This document shows, one piece after another, positions 20,735-30,140 of a stretch of DNA of 64,000 nucleotides. How positions within the stretch are numbered: position 1 is the stretch's first letter; each line of letters begins with the position of its first letter. This DNA is from Chloroflexota bacterium (lineage in GTDB: Bacteria > Chloroflexota > Anaerolineae > Aggregatilineales > Aggregatilineaceae): contig JBBIHG010000003.1 in NCBI GenBank assembly GCA_037447125.1, positions 8,493 through 72,492 on the forward strand, written 5' to 3'. Under the pieces are notes generated by a model. It worked only from the letters and a program-made list of their open reading frames with translations, searched no databases and had not been told where the DNA came from. The position numbers and the translations under genes were made by a program.

Positions 20735-21247
20735 ATGCGCAACTTGCGTCTGGTCATGCTTGCGTTGATGGTGCTGGCCATCGCCAGCACAGCGGGCATC
20801 AGTGCGGCCTCAGGCCGGTCGTTCAAGGCCCACTTGTCGGCTGGCGAGGAAGTGCCGGCGAACGAGTCGCGAGGGCAGGGGCAGGCCAACTTCTGGCTGA
20901 GCAAGGACGGCACCGAGCTGCACTACCGGCTCATTGTCGCCAACATCGAAAACGTCGTCGCGTCTCACATTCACCTGGGTGCGGCGGGCGTGAACGGGCC
21001 GGTGGTCGCTTTCCTGTTTGGCCCGGCAGCGCCAGGGGGTGGCCGCTTCGCTGGCGTGCTCGCCGAGGGCACGATCACGGCGGCGAATCTGGTCGGTCCG
21101 CTGGCCGGGCAGCCGCTCAGCGCCCTGCTGGACGCCATCGCCGCTGGCAACACCTACGTGAACGTGCATACCAACGACGGAGTAGCGCCGGCTGGCACCG
21201 GCCCTGGTGACCTTCCCGCTGGCGAGATTCGCGGGCAGATCGGGTAG
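20735..21247 (+). CDS. Secreted CHRD-domain protein
   Basis: ATG at 20735 after GGAGGA. Signal peptide 'MRNLRLVMLALMVLAIASTAG'. 'HIHLGAAGVNGPVV' and 'YVNVHTN...PAGEIRGQI' are CHRD-type motifs. Confidence 0.75.
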   Translation: MRNLRLVMLALMVLAIASTAGISAASGRSFKAHLSAGEEVPANESRGQGQANFWLSKDGTELHYRLIVANIENVVASHIHLGAAGVNGPVVAFLFGPAAPGGGRFAGVLAEGTITAANLVGPLAGQPLSALLDAIAAGNTYVNVHTNDGVAPAGTGPGDLPAGEIRGQIG

Positions 21248-21302
21248 CCCACAGCCAGAGTCTCTCTTCCTGGCTTGCGCTCACTAGAACTCTCTCCACA
21301 CA

Positions 21303-21340
21303 CACGCCCCCACGTCGCGCGATGCGGGGGCGTCTTCTTG
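21303..21340 (+). terminator. Candidate intrinsic terminator after the CHRD gene
   Basis: ACGCCCCCA-cgtcgcgcga-TGCGGGGGCGT stem-loop followed by CTTCTT. Confidence 0.5.
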
Positions 21341-21408
21341 CCCAGACGCGCCACCCCCGCCACGCGGTATAATCGCCTCAGCGCCGACCATACCCCGACC
21401 GGAGACTG

Positions 21409-22446
21409 ATGACCCTGCACCCGCTCACCCCCGACCCCGCCGCCTGGGACGATTTCGTCGCGGCGCACCCGCGCGCACACCTCCTGCAACTGAGCGACTG
21501 GGGCGCGCTCAAGGCCGCCTTCGGCTGGACGCCCGTCCGCGTCGCCCTGGCTGACGGCGCGGGGACGCTCGTCGCCGGCGCGCAGATGTTGCTGCGCACG
21601 CTGCCGCTCCGCCTGGGGACACTCGCCTACATCCCCGCCGGGCCGCTGGTAGAGTGGGCGGACGCGGCACAGGTTCGCGCGCTGCTGGACGCGCTCGACG
21701 CCGAGGCGCGGCAGCGTGGGGCGATCCTGCTGAAGATCGAGCCAGGGCTGGGCCTGGACAACGCCGACTTCGCCCGGCTGGGCTTTCGCCCCAGCCCGCA
21801 GACGATCCAGCCGCCGCGCACCATCGTCCTCGACCTGAGCGGCGACGAGGAGGCGATCCTGGCCCGCATGAACCAGGGCACGCGCCGCAACATCCGCAAA
21901 AGCGCCCGCTTCGAGGTCGCCATCCGCCAGGGGACGCGCGCGGACGTGGCCCGCTTCAACGCGCTGCTGGCCGAGACGGGCGCGCGCGACGAATTCGGTG
22001 TGCACGCGCCCGACTACTATCAGCGCGCCTATGACCTCTTCGCCCCGGCGGGCCGCGCCGCGCTGATCCTGGGCAGCTATGGCGGGCAAGACCTGGCGGG
22101 CGTCATGGTCTTCCGGCTGGGCGAGTGGGCCTGGTACTTCTACGGCGCGTCGTCCGACCGCGAGCGGCAGCGCATGGCCTCCTACGGCGTGCAGTGGGCG
22201 GGCATCCAGTGGGCCAGGGCCGGCGGCGCGCGCTGCTACGACCTCTACGGCGTGCCCGACGCCGAGCCGGACGCCCTGGAAGCGCAGTTCGAGGCGCGCT
22301 CCGCCGGGCTGTGGGGCGTCTACCGCTTCAAGCGCGGCTGGGGCGGGCAGGTCGTGCGCGGCGCGGGAGCCTGGGACCGTGTCTACAGCCCGCCGCTCTA
22401 TGCGCTCTACCGGCTGGCCGTGCGCCTGCTGCGCCGCGCGGAGTAG
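21409..22446 (+). CDS. FemAB-family peptidoglycan interpeptide-bridge aminoacyltransferase (copy 1)
   Basis: 'HLLQLSDWGALK', 'MNQGTRRNIRKS', 'WYFYGASS...', 'WGVYRFKRGWGG' are typical of the FemX/FemAB (lipid II aminoacyltransferase) family. Confidence 0.8.
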   Translation: MTLHPLTPDPAAWDDFVAAHPRAHLLQLSDWGALKAAFGWTPVRVALADGAGTLVAGAQMLLRTLPLRLGTLAYIPAGPLVEWADAAQVRALLDALDAEARQRGAILLKIEPGLGLDNADFARLGFRPSPQTIQPPRTIVLDLSGDEEAILARMNQGTRRNIRKSARFEVAIRQGTRADVARFNALLAETGARDEFGVHAPDYYQRAYDLFAPAGRAALILGSYGGQDLAGVMVFRLGEWAWYFYGASSDRERQRMASYGVQWAGIQWARAGGARCYDLYGVPDAEPDALEAQFEARSAGLWGVYRFKRGWGGQVVRGAGAWDRVYSPPLYALYRLAVRLLRRAE

Positions 22447-22451
22447 TCCCC

Positions 22452-23570
22452 ATGCTGACCGTCACCCCGATCACCGACCGCGACGCCTGGCACGCCCTGC
22501 TGCGCCCGCTGCCCGCCGCGCACGTCTTGCAGACATGGGACTGGGGCGAGTTCAAGCGCGGCGAGACCGGCTGGTCGCCGGAGCGCCTGGCCTTCCGCGA
22601 CGAGTCCGGCGCGACGGTCGCCGCTGCCGCCGTGCTGACGCGGCGCGTCGGGCCGCTGCGCGTGATGTACGCGCCCAAAGGCCCGGCGCTGGACTGGCGC
22701 GACCCCGCCCTGGTGAGCGAAGTGCTGGCACATCTGGAGACGCTCGCCCGCCGACGCTGCGCCATCTGGCTGAAGATCGATCCGGACGCCATCGCCGGGA
22801 CGGGAGTGCCCGGCGGCGCTGACCCCGACCGCCCCCCGCGCGCCGACCTGGCGGGGCAGCGGGCGCTCGACTTGCTGCGGGCGCGCGGCTGGCGCTTCAG
22901 CGCGGCGCAGGTGCAGTTCCGCAACACGCTGACGCTCGACCTGGCGCAGAGCGAAGAGGCGCTGCTGGCGGGCATGAACCAGGGCACGCGCCGCAAAATC
23001 CGCCAGGCGAGCAAGGGGGGCGTCCGCGTGCGGCCCGCTGAGTCGCCCGGCGACTTCGAGACGCTCTACGCGCTCTACCGCGTCACCGGGCAGCGGCAGG
23101 GCTTCCTCATCCGCCCGCCGGACTATTACCGGGCGGCCTGGTCGCGCTTCATCGCGGCGGGGCTGGCGCAGGCGTTCCTGGCCGAGCACGAGGGGCGCGC
23201 CCTGGCCGGGCTGGTGCTGTTCCACTTCGGCCCCAAGGCGTGGTACTTCTATGGCATGAGTGGCAACGAGGGGCGCGAGCGGATGCCCACCTACCTGCTG
23301 CAATGGGAGGCAATCCGCTGGGCGCGGGCGCGCGGCTACGCGACCTACGACTTCTGGGGCGCGCCGGACGAATTCTGCGAGGACGCGCCGCTGTGGGGTG
23401 TCTACCGCTTCAAGGACGGCTTCGGCGGGACGGTGGTGCGGCACATCGGCGCGTGGGACTACGCGCCCTCGCGCGCGCTGTACGCGCTTTATGAGCGCGT
23501 CATGCCGCGCGTGCTGGGGGCGATGCGGCGGGGGAGAGGGGAGAAACGGCAGAGAGGGCCAGACTCATGA
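22452..23570 (+). CDS. FemAB-family aminoacyltransferase (copy 2, tandem paralog)
   Basis: ATG at 22452. 'HVLQTWDWGEFK', 'MNQGTRRKIRQA', 'WYFYGMSG', 'WGVYRFKDGFGG'. Confidence 0.8.
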   Translation: MLTVTPITDRDAWHALLRPLPAAHVLQTWDWGEFKRGETGWSPERLAFRDESGATVAAAAVLTRRVGPLRVMYAPKGPALDWRDPALVSEVLAHLETLARRRCAIWLKIDPDAIAGTGVPGGADPDRPPRADLAGQRALDLLRARGWRFSAAQVQFRNTLTLDLAQSEEALLAGMNQGTRRKIRQASKGGVRVRPAESPGDFETLYALYRVTGQRQGFLIRPPDYYRAAWSRFIAAGLAQAFLAEHEGRALAGLVLFHFGPKAWYFYGMSGNEGRERMPTYLLQWEAIRWARARGYATYDFWGAPDEFCEDAPLWGVYRFKDGFGGTVVRHIGAWDYAPSRALYALYERVMPRVLGAMRRGRGEKRQRGPDS

Positions 23571-23724
23571 TCAAGTTGCTGGACGACGTGGCTCTGCTGG
23601 AGGATTTGCCCGAACACGACCTACAACGCGGGCAGGTGAGGACGGTGGTGGAAGAACTCGCCCCCGGCATCTTTGAGGTGGAATTCAGCGACAGCGAAGG
23701 GCGCACCTACGCCCTGCTGGCCCG
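23567..23724 (+). pseudogene. DUF4926-like small gene, 3' end replaced by an IS terminus (read-through ORF continues to 23914)
   Basis: 'MIKLLDDVALLEDLPEHDLQRGQVRTVVEELAPGIFEVEFSDSEGRTYALLA' fits the DUF4926 pattern. The sequence switches to the 78-bp IS-end repeat at 23725. The ATGA start overlaps the femAB-2 stop. Confidence 0.55.
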
Positions 23725-23802
23725 TTTTTGTTCATCCCACGATCCTACCTCATCCACGCCTCCCTTTCCTGTCCGGTTGGAGATAATCTCACTTCACTAC
23801 CT
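23725..23802 (-). mobile_element. Isolated IS terminus (78 bp), inverted copy of the IS 5' end at 32436-32513
   Basis: The reverse complement matches 32436-32513 at 74/78 positions, including the transposase ATG region. Nothing IS-like lies to its left. Confidence 0.8.
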
Positions 23803-23977
23803 AACAGATGCCATCTCAATGTTTCTCACGCTGCTGTCCGCCCCTGAACCCATTGGCTGGCGAGGGGCCAGGGGTGAGGTAAACCGGCGAGCATCTGCCA
23901 TACGTCCAGTTTAGCAAGATACGCCAGTATCAGTAGGAGTCACGCCCAATGCTGCCAGCTCGGGCTGGCCCTGGGCC

Positions 23978-26344
23978 TCAGCAGGTAATTTCCGTGAAAT
24001 ACCGTCCCTTATGAGAGACTTCCGTAACGCCGCCGGCGATCTCAAACTCGCCTCTGCAGGCGATGTTGGTCGCGGAATTGCCGATGCACACTTCAACACG
24101 ACCCGGTTCAACTACGTAGCGCATGTCGCGATCGTAGAAGGCCAGCAGACTCACCGGCAGCTCAAAGGTGATAGTCCTACGCTGACCCGGAGCCAATGTG
24201 ATGCGCTGGAATCCCTTTAGCTCCTGCACCGGGCGCGTAATACTGGATACCAGATCGCGCACGTAAAGCTGCACGACTTCGTCTCCTGCGCGATCCCCAA
24301 CGTTGGTCACGTCCACCTGGATCATGACGGTGTCACTTGCACGCACGGTCTCGGGCGTGATGCGCAGATTGGCGATCTCGAAGCGGGTATAGCTCAGCCC
24401 GTAGCCGAATGGATACAGCGGGTGCACGCTGGTATCGACGTAATGCTCTTTCCAGTGCGAGCGATTACCGGAGGGTTTGTGGTTGTAGAACAGCGGGATC
24501 TGCCCGACATGGCGCGGAAAGGTCACCGGCAGCTTGCCGCCCGGATTGACGTCACCAAAGAGCACATCGGCGACGGCGTTAGCGCCCTCCTCTCCGGGCA
24601 GCCAGGCTTCCAGAATCGCCGGCACGTGCTCCGCTGCCCAGGTGATAGTCATCGGGCGCCCGTTGATCAGGACCAGCACCACAGGCGTGCCGGTCGCCGC
24701 CACAGCGCGCAGCAGATCGTCCTGCACGCCGGGCAGGTTCAGATTGGCGCGGTCACGCGCTTCCCCACACGTGCAGTCTTCCGTCAGTCCGGCCTTGTCG
24801 CCAAGCACCAGGATTGCCACATCGGCCGCCTGGGCGAGTGCAACTGCTTCAGCGAAGCCAGCGGTGGAGTCGCCCAGCACGTCACAGCCTCTGGTATAGC
24901 GTACATCAGCCGCGGGCACGGCAGCGCGGATCGCCTCCAAGACGCTGATCATGTCCACCGGACGATCCACGACCTGGACTTCATGATCCGGCGTGGCGGT
25001 GTTGAACACGGCAAGGGTCTGGGCTTCGCGCAGAGTCTCGGTGTGGGCGGGATAGGAGTAGTCACCCATCAGGTTCCGCACCGAGTCTGCATTGGGGCCG
25101 ATCACGGCGATGCGCGCTGTCTGTTTGCACAGCGGCAGCAGGCCAGCTTCGTTCTTGAGCAGGACCATGCTCTTGCGGGCGACTTCGCGGGCCAGCGCGC
25201 GCTGCGCCGGCGTATCAAAAACCTCGATGACACGCTGCTCGTCAACATAGGGCTGCTCAAACAGACCCAGCCGGAACTTGAACGCCAGCACGCGCGACAC
25301 CGCCGCATCCACGAGCGCGATATCGATCTGCCCGCTCTCCAACCCGGCCTTCAACGGACTGCCGAAACAATCGGTGCTGGGCAGTTCGACCTCAATGCCG
25401 GCTTGCAGGGCCAACGCTGCCGCTTCAGTCTTGCCAGCGACGACGCGATGGTAGCCGGCGAGCATGTCCACCGTGAAGTAGTCTGACACAATCAGCCCGT
25501 CAAAACCGAGCTGCTCACGCAGCAGTGAGCGAAGCAGGGTGACCGAGCCGCCGCATGGCACTCCGTCCATCTCGTGATAGGCGTTCATGATCGACGCCAG
25601 GCCCGCTTCGCGTATGGCCGCCTCGAAGGGGCGCACGAAGACCTCGCGCAGCTCGCGATCCGGCAGGGATACCGGGGCCCAGTTGCGCCCGCCTTCGCTC
25701 ATGCCGTGGCCCACGAAGTGCTTGGCGGTGGCGACGATCCCTTCGGCCCATGACGGGCCCTGCAGCCCCTGGATGAAGGCTGAGCCAAGCCTTCCTGCCA
25801 GGTAGGGGTCCTCGCCGAAGGTCTCCTCGATGCGTCCCCACCGCGGATCGCGGGTGATGTCCAGCACGGGAGCCAGCGCCTGGTGACCGCCGACGGCGCG
25901 CATCTGCGTGCGGATCACTTCGCCCATCGCCTCCGTGATCGCTACGTCCCAGGTGCTCGCCACCCCAATCGCCTGCGGGAAGACGGTCGCCCCCTGGGCC
26001 ATGTAGCCACTGCAGCATTCTTCATGCACTATTGCCGGAATGCCCAGGCGTGTGCGCGTGACCAGAAACCGTTGGGCCGCATTGGCGACGGCTGCGCTTT
26101 GGGCTGGAGGCAGGTTGGTTGACCCGCCGATACGCGTGATCTGCCCAATGCCATACTTCAGCCGGGCTTGGGCGCGCGTTTCTGAGAAGTCCATACCTTC
26201 CAGCACTTCAAAAGCCCAGGCACTGCCCAGCTGAGCGAGTTTCTCGTCCACCGTCATCTGCGCCAACAGGTCGCGGACTCGCGCATCGATGGACTGAGAC
26301 GCATCGCGGTAGAGGCCGCGGGTTGCGGTTCGGGTGTCTGCCAT
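23978..26344 (-). CDS. Glycoside hydrolase family 3 (beta-glucosidase/beta-xylosidase type)
   Basis: ATG at 26344 (MADTRTA). 'MTVDEKLAQL', 'GIPAIVHEE', 'ITRDPRWGRIEETFGEDPYL', 'LIVSDY' (nucleophile Asp region), C-terminal FnIII-like domain. Confidence 0.88.
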   Translation of the reverse strand: MADTRTATRGLYRDASQSIDARVRDLLAQMTVDEKLAQLGSAWAFEVLEGMDFSETRAQARLKYGIGQITRIGGSTNLPPAQSAAVANAAQRFLVTRTRLGIPAIVHEECCSGYMAQGATVFPQAIGVASTWDVAITEAMGEVIRTQMRAVGGHQALAPVLDITRDPRWGRIEETFGEDPYLAGRLGSAFIQGLQGPSWAEGIVATAKHFVGHGMSEGGRNWAPVSLPDRELREVFVRPFEAAIREAGLASIMNAYHEMDGVPCGGSVTLLRSLLREQLGFDGLIVSDYFTVDMLAGYHRVVAGKTEAAALALQAGIEVELPSTDCFGSPLKAGLESGQIDIALVDAAVSRVLAFKFRLGLFEQPYVDEQRVIEVFDTPAQRALAREVARKSMVLLKNEAGLLPLCKQTARIAVIGPNADSVRNLMGDYSYPAHTETLREAQTLAVFNTATPDHEVQVVDRPVDMISVLEAIRAAVPAADVRYTRGCDVLGDSTAGFAEAVALAQAADVAILVLGDKAGLTEDCTCGEARDRANLNLPGVQDDLLRAVAATGTPVVLVLINGRPMTITWAAEHVPAILEAWLPGEEGANAVADVLFGDVNPGGKLPVTFPRHVGQIPLFYNHKPSGNRSHWKEHYVDTSVHPLYPFGYGLSYTRFEIANLRITPETVRASDTVMIQVDVTNVGDRAGDEVVQLYVRDLVSSITRPVQELKGFQRITLAPGQRRTITFELPVSLLAFYDRDMRYVVEPGRVEVCIGNSATNIACRGEFEIAGGVTEVSHKGRYFTEITC

Positions 26345-26469
26345 CCAAAAGACTCCTGCTGAAAATCGGCCACTCAAAGAACGGCGTGCTGCAAACCGGG
26401 CAAGCGCCGGACCACCAACAAGTCGTGCAGGGCGCTTGACATTGGTCAGGAGTCATTATAGACTGATTT

Positions 26470-26483
26470 TGATAACGTTTGCA
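26470..26483. promoter_or_regulatory. Candidate LacI-family operator TGATAACGTTTGCA
   Basis: Near-palindrome of the TGnAAACGnTTnCA type, 126 nt upstream of the GH3 start. Its reverse complement matches the 26611 site at 13/14 positions. Confidence 0.5.
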
Positions 26484-26610
26484 ATAGGGTTGCCTGGAAA
26501 CAGCGCGATTCTGTCCGCAGGGCCTGCCGTAAGGCCGGGTCTTCGGGCGAAGACCAAGAGCAGAGGGCGGGCCGGCGGTCTGAATAGGCGACGTCTCTTG
26601 GGGGCGATTC

Positions 26611-26624
26611 TGCAAACGTTGTCA
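26611..26624. promoter_or_regulatory. Candidate LacI-family operator TGCAAACGTTGTCA
   Basis: Lies 6 nt upstream of the lacI-family ATG. Partner site at 26470. Confidence 0.5.
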
Positions 26625-26629
26625 AAGAG

Positions 26630-27673
26630 ATGCCTGCTGTGAACAACGACAAGAAGCTCCCCAGTATCACCATTGTGGATGTCGCCCGCGAGGCCGGCGT
26701 GTCGTACTCGACTGTCTCACGCGTTGTGAACAACTACGAGTACGTCAAGCCCGAAACCCGCGAGAAGGTCCTCAATGCCACGATGCGTCTGGGGTACGTC
26801 GTGAATCAGCCGGCGCGCAGTCTGCGCGGGGGACGCTCGCAAGTCGTCGGGCTGCTGGTCCCCGATGTCGGCAACAGCTACATCGGGGCGATCATCCGGG
26901 GCATTGACGCCGAGCTCGCCGCCAACCAGTACGACCTCATGCTCTACACCACTCACCGGCAGAAGACCCGTGAATCGACCTACGTCGCGACGATCACCCG
27001 CGGGCTGGCCGATGGTCTGCTCCTGCTGCTGCCGACAAATGTGGAAGCCTATCTGGCCACGCTCCAGCAGCGGCAGTTCCCGCATGTGCTGATCGATTAC
27101 CAGCATGTCGCGAACGACCTGACTTCGACGGTGCAGGCGACCAACTGGCAGGGAGCCTATGAGGCGACCCGCTATTTGATCGCGCTGGGTCACCGACGGA
27201 TCGCCTACATCATTGGGCTGAAAGAGATGCAGTGTGCGCTGGACCGGCTGCAGGGGTACGGTGACGCACTTGCCGCGCACGGCATCCCCTACGATCCGGA
27301 ACTGGTTTATCCCGGCGACTTCTTCCGCCCGCAGGGGTATGAAGCCGCCCAAAGGTTCCTGGCTTTGCCCCGGCCTCCCACCGCTGTGTTCGCCGCGAAT
27401 GACAGCTCCGCGTTTGGTGTGATGGAGGCGGTGACTCGTCTGGGACTGCGTGTGCCAGACGACGTGTCGGTGATCGGGTTTGACGACACCATCGAGGCCC
27501 AGCAGGTCCATCCCGGGCTGACCACCGTGCGCCAGCCACTCGAAGAGATGGGGCGGGTGGCGGCGCGGATTCTGCTCAGACGGCTGGACAATCCTGATCT
27601 ACCGGGGGAGCGCGTTGAGCTCCCGACCACACTGGTCGAGCGCGACTCGTGTAGGCCACCTCGTCCCCAATAG
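26630..27673 (+). CDS. LacI-family transcriptional regulator
   Basis: HTH 'TIVDVAREAGVSYSTVSRVVNN' followed by a periplasmic-binding-fold sugar sensor domain. Confidence 0.9.
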   Translation: MPAVNNDKKLPSITIVDVAREAGVSYSTVSRVVNNYEYVKPETREKVLNATMRLGYVVNQPARSLRGGRSQVVGLLVPDVGNSYIGAIIRGIDAELAANQYDLMLYTTHRQKTRESTYVATITRGLADGLLLLLPTNVEAYLATLQQRQFPHVLIDYQHVANDLTSTVQATNWQGAYEATRYLIALGHRRIAYIIGLKEMQCALDRLQGYGDALAAHGIPYDPELVYPGDFFRPQGYEAAQRFLALPRPPTAVFAANDSSAFGVMEAVTRLGLRVPDDVSVIGFDDTIEAQQVHPGLTTVRQPLEEMGRVAARILLRRLDNPDLPGERVELPTTLVERDSCRPPRPQ

Positions 27674-27750
27674 CGCGTTTTTTGTGTGTACGGCTCTGGC
27701 GCAATCAGGCCGGAGCATAAAGACCCAAGTAGCTATCCAAGGAGAATATC

Positions 27751-29028
27751 ATGAGAGTCTTGCGCAGTGTTCTGGTTCTGGCCCTGGTGTTGGGCGTAGT
27801 GGGCGGCATGGCGGGCCTCAAGCCCACTGCCGCGCAGTCCACCGTCACCATCAACTGGTGGCATATTCAGGAGGCGTTGCAAGGTGGCGATTTCTGGGCT
27901 GAGGTGGCGGCTGAGTACGAAGCCTTGCACCCCAATGTCAACATCGAGATCACTTTCCTGGAGAACGAGGCGTTCAAGAGCCAGATCGTGACCGTGATGC
28001 AGGCCGAACAACCCCCGGATCTGTTCCAGAGCTGGGGCGGCGGCGTGCTGTGGAACTATGCGAATGCCGGCCTGGTGCGCGACATTTCCGCCGAACTGAA
28101 GGGCGAATGGTACGACTCATTCGCGATGCCTGCCGCGGTTGAGATGTTCGGGCAGAATGGCGAATACTACGGCGTCCCCTGGGACTGGGGTGCGGTTGGC
28201 TTCTTCTACAACAAGGCCCTGTTCGCGCAGGCGGGCCTCGATCCCGAGAATCCCCCCACCACCTGGACGGACTTCCTCGACGCAGTGCGGGCCCTGAAGG
28301 ATTCCGGCACCATCCCGATCGCGCTGGGTGAAGGCGACCGGTGGCCGGGCCACTTCTGGTTTGTCTATCTGGCGCTCCGTATTGGCGGCGCTGAGGCATT
28401 CCTGAACGCCTACAACCGTGAAGGGTCGTTCGCTGATGAGGCGTTTGTTCAGGCAGGCGAAAGGCTGGCGGAACTGGCCGCCCTGCAGCCCTTCCAAGAG
28501 GGGTTCATGGGCATGGGCTACGGGGACCAGGCCCGTCTGGTCGGCGATGGCCTGGCCGCCATGGAGCTGATGGGACAGTGGGCGCCCGGCGCGCAGGTTA
28601 GCAACAGCGAGCAGGGTGGCATCGGCGAGGATCTGGGCTTCTTCCCCTTCCCAATGGTTGAAGGCGGAGTGGGCGATCCGACCGACATCCTGGGTGGTGG
28701 CAATGGGTTTGTCGTCGGCAAGAACGCGCCAGATGAGACCATTGACTTCCTGAAGTACCTCACCAGCGAAGGGGTTCAGGAGCGCACGTTCTTCGCCATT
28801 CCGGTGGTCGCCGCCGCGACAGATGTCCTGGCTGATGATCCGATCTTGACCAAGATCCTCGAGATGCGCGACAACGCGAACTACGCCCAGTTGTACTACG
28901 ATCAGTTCTTGCCCCCGTCGGTTGCCCAGGCGGTGCTCGACGCAGTGCAGGGTCTATTGGCTGGCGAGCTTTCGCCTGAAGAGGCCGCTATGTATATTGA
29001 GGATGAAGCCTCGCTTGCGCTTGACTGA
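27751..29028 (+). CDS. ABC transporter extracellular sugar-binding protein (family 1)
   Basis: Signal/anchor 'MRVLRSVLVLALVLGVVGG' with an AAGGAG RBS. Typical SBP_bac_1 layout ahead of two permease genes. Confidence 0.85.
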   Translation: MRVLRSVLVLALVLGVVGGMAGLKPTAAQSTVTINWWHIQEALQGGDFWAEVAAEYEALHPNVNIEITFLENEAFKSQIVTVMQAEQPPDLFQSWGGGVLWNYANAGLVRDISAELKGEWYDSFAMPAAVEMFGQNGEYYGVPWDWGAVGFFYNKALFAQAGLDPENPPTTWTDFLDAVRALKDSGTIPIALGEGDRWPGHFWFVYLALRIGGAEAFLNAYNREGSFADEAFVQAGERLAELAALQPFQEGFMGMGYGDQARLVGDGLAAMELMGQWAPGAQVSNSEQGGIGEDLGFFPFPMVEGGVGDPTDILGGGNGFVVGKNAPDETIDFLKYLTSEGVQERTFFAIPVVAAATDVLADDPILTKILEMRDNANYAQLYYDQFLPPSVAQAVLDAVQGLLAGELSPEEAAMYIEDEASLALD

Positions 29029-29140
29029 GCGATAAGGCCCGAAGGTGTGGGGCTGCCGTCCGTCCACCAGCGGCTGCCCCCACGCCTTCTATTCAGCAGA
29101 TGCTCAACACGTTCGTGACAGCCGTATAAGGGATGCCGCT

Positions 29141-30118
29141 ATGTCTGCCAAAACCAATACGCTGCTACGAGGTTGGGTTGCTGCGCAGTGTGAGCGTGCG
29201 CGTCGAAATCTCGATAAGCTGATCCTGATCCCCCTCTTTGTGCTGCCGGGGATGATTCTGTTCTTCACTTTTGTGTTGATGCCGGTGGCGCAGTCGGCCC
29301 GCTACAGCCTGTACGAGTGGGATGGTTTTGGCACACCCAGCAACTTTGCGGAACTCAGGGGCGACGATCAGATCCCGCTGGGGAACTACGAGAAGCTGTT
29401 CAATCACGGGGACTTTCGCACGGCCCTCCGTAACAGCTCGCTGCTGATGCTGCTCTCGTTGGCGGTCCAATTGCCGATCGCGCTGATCCTGGCTCTACTG
29501 GTCGGGCGAGGAGACCTGCCAGGCCGCACGTTCTTCCGGGGGCTGCTGTTCGTCCCCTATGTGTTCTCGGAGATTATCGCCGCGATCATCTGGCAGTACG
29601 TGCTGCGCGGCAACGCTGAGGGTCCAGCCAACCAGTTGTTCGCCTCCTTCATTCCTAACTTCGGGGCGGTCGATTGGCTCGGTGACAGGCAGTACGTGAT
29701 GTATGCCATCTTCGCCGTCCTCACCTGGAAGTACTTCGGCTTCTACATGATCCTGTATATGGCAGGTTTGCAGGGCGTGCCCAAAGACCTCGAAGAAGCC
29801 GGGCGCGTCGACGGGGCCAACTGGCTCCAGGTGCTGCGCTGGATCACCCTGCCGATGATGGGCAACACGTTGCGCCTGACAGTGTTCCTCTCGGTGCTGG
29901 GATCATTTCAGCAGTTCGTGGTCGTCCAGGTGCTGACCCGCGGCGGCAACCCGTTCAACGAGGGCCACGTGATCGCCACGTATCTTTTCAAGTTCGGGTT
30001 CAAACGCTTCGATATGGGCTATGGCAGTGCGGTGGCAGTGGTGCTGTTTTTAATCTGTCTGGCCTTCTCTATCGGATACCAGCGCATGGTGATGCAGCGC
30101 GACTACCAGGATCTGTAG
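29141..30118 (+). CDS. Carbohydrate ABC transporter permease (MalF/UgpA type)
   Basis: ATG at 29141. EAA loop 'EEAGRVDGANWLQVLRWITLP'. Confidence 0.85.
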   Translation: MSAKTNTLLRGWVAAQCERARRNLDKLILIPLFVLPGMILFFTFVLMPVAQSARYSLYEWDGFGTPSNFAELRGDDQIPLGNYEKLFNHGDFRTALRNSSLLMLLSLAVQLPIALILALLVGRGDLPGRTFFRGLLFVPYVFSEIIAAIIWQYVLRGNAEGPANQLFASFIPNFGAVDWLGDRQYVMYAIFAVLTWKYFGFYMILYMAGLQGVPKDLEEAGRVDGANWLQVLRWITLPMMGNTLRLTVFLSVLGSFQQFVVVQVLTRGGNPFNEGHVIATYLFKFGFKRFDMGYGSAVAVVLFLICLAFSIGYQRMVMQRDYQDL

Positions 30119-30140
30119 CGGTTCCATAGAGGGAAACTCG

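Noticed and set aside
21154-23444. Minus-strand ORFs 21154-22089 and 22407-23444
   Set aside because: Antisense to the two FemAB-family genes.
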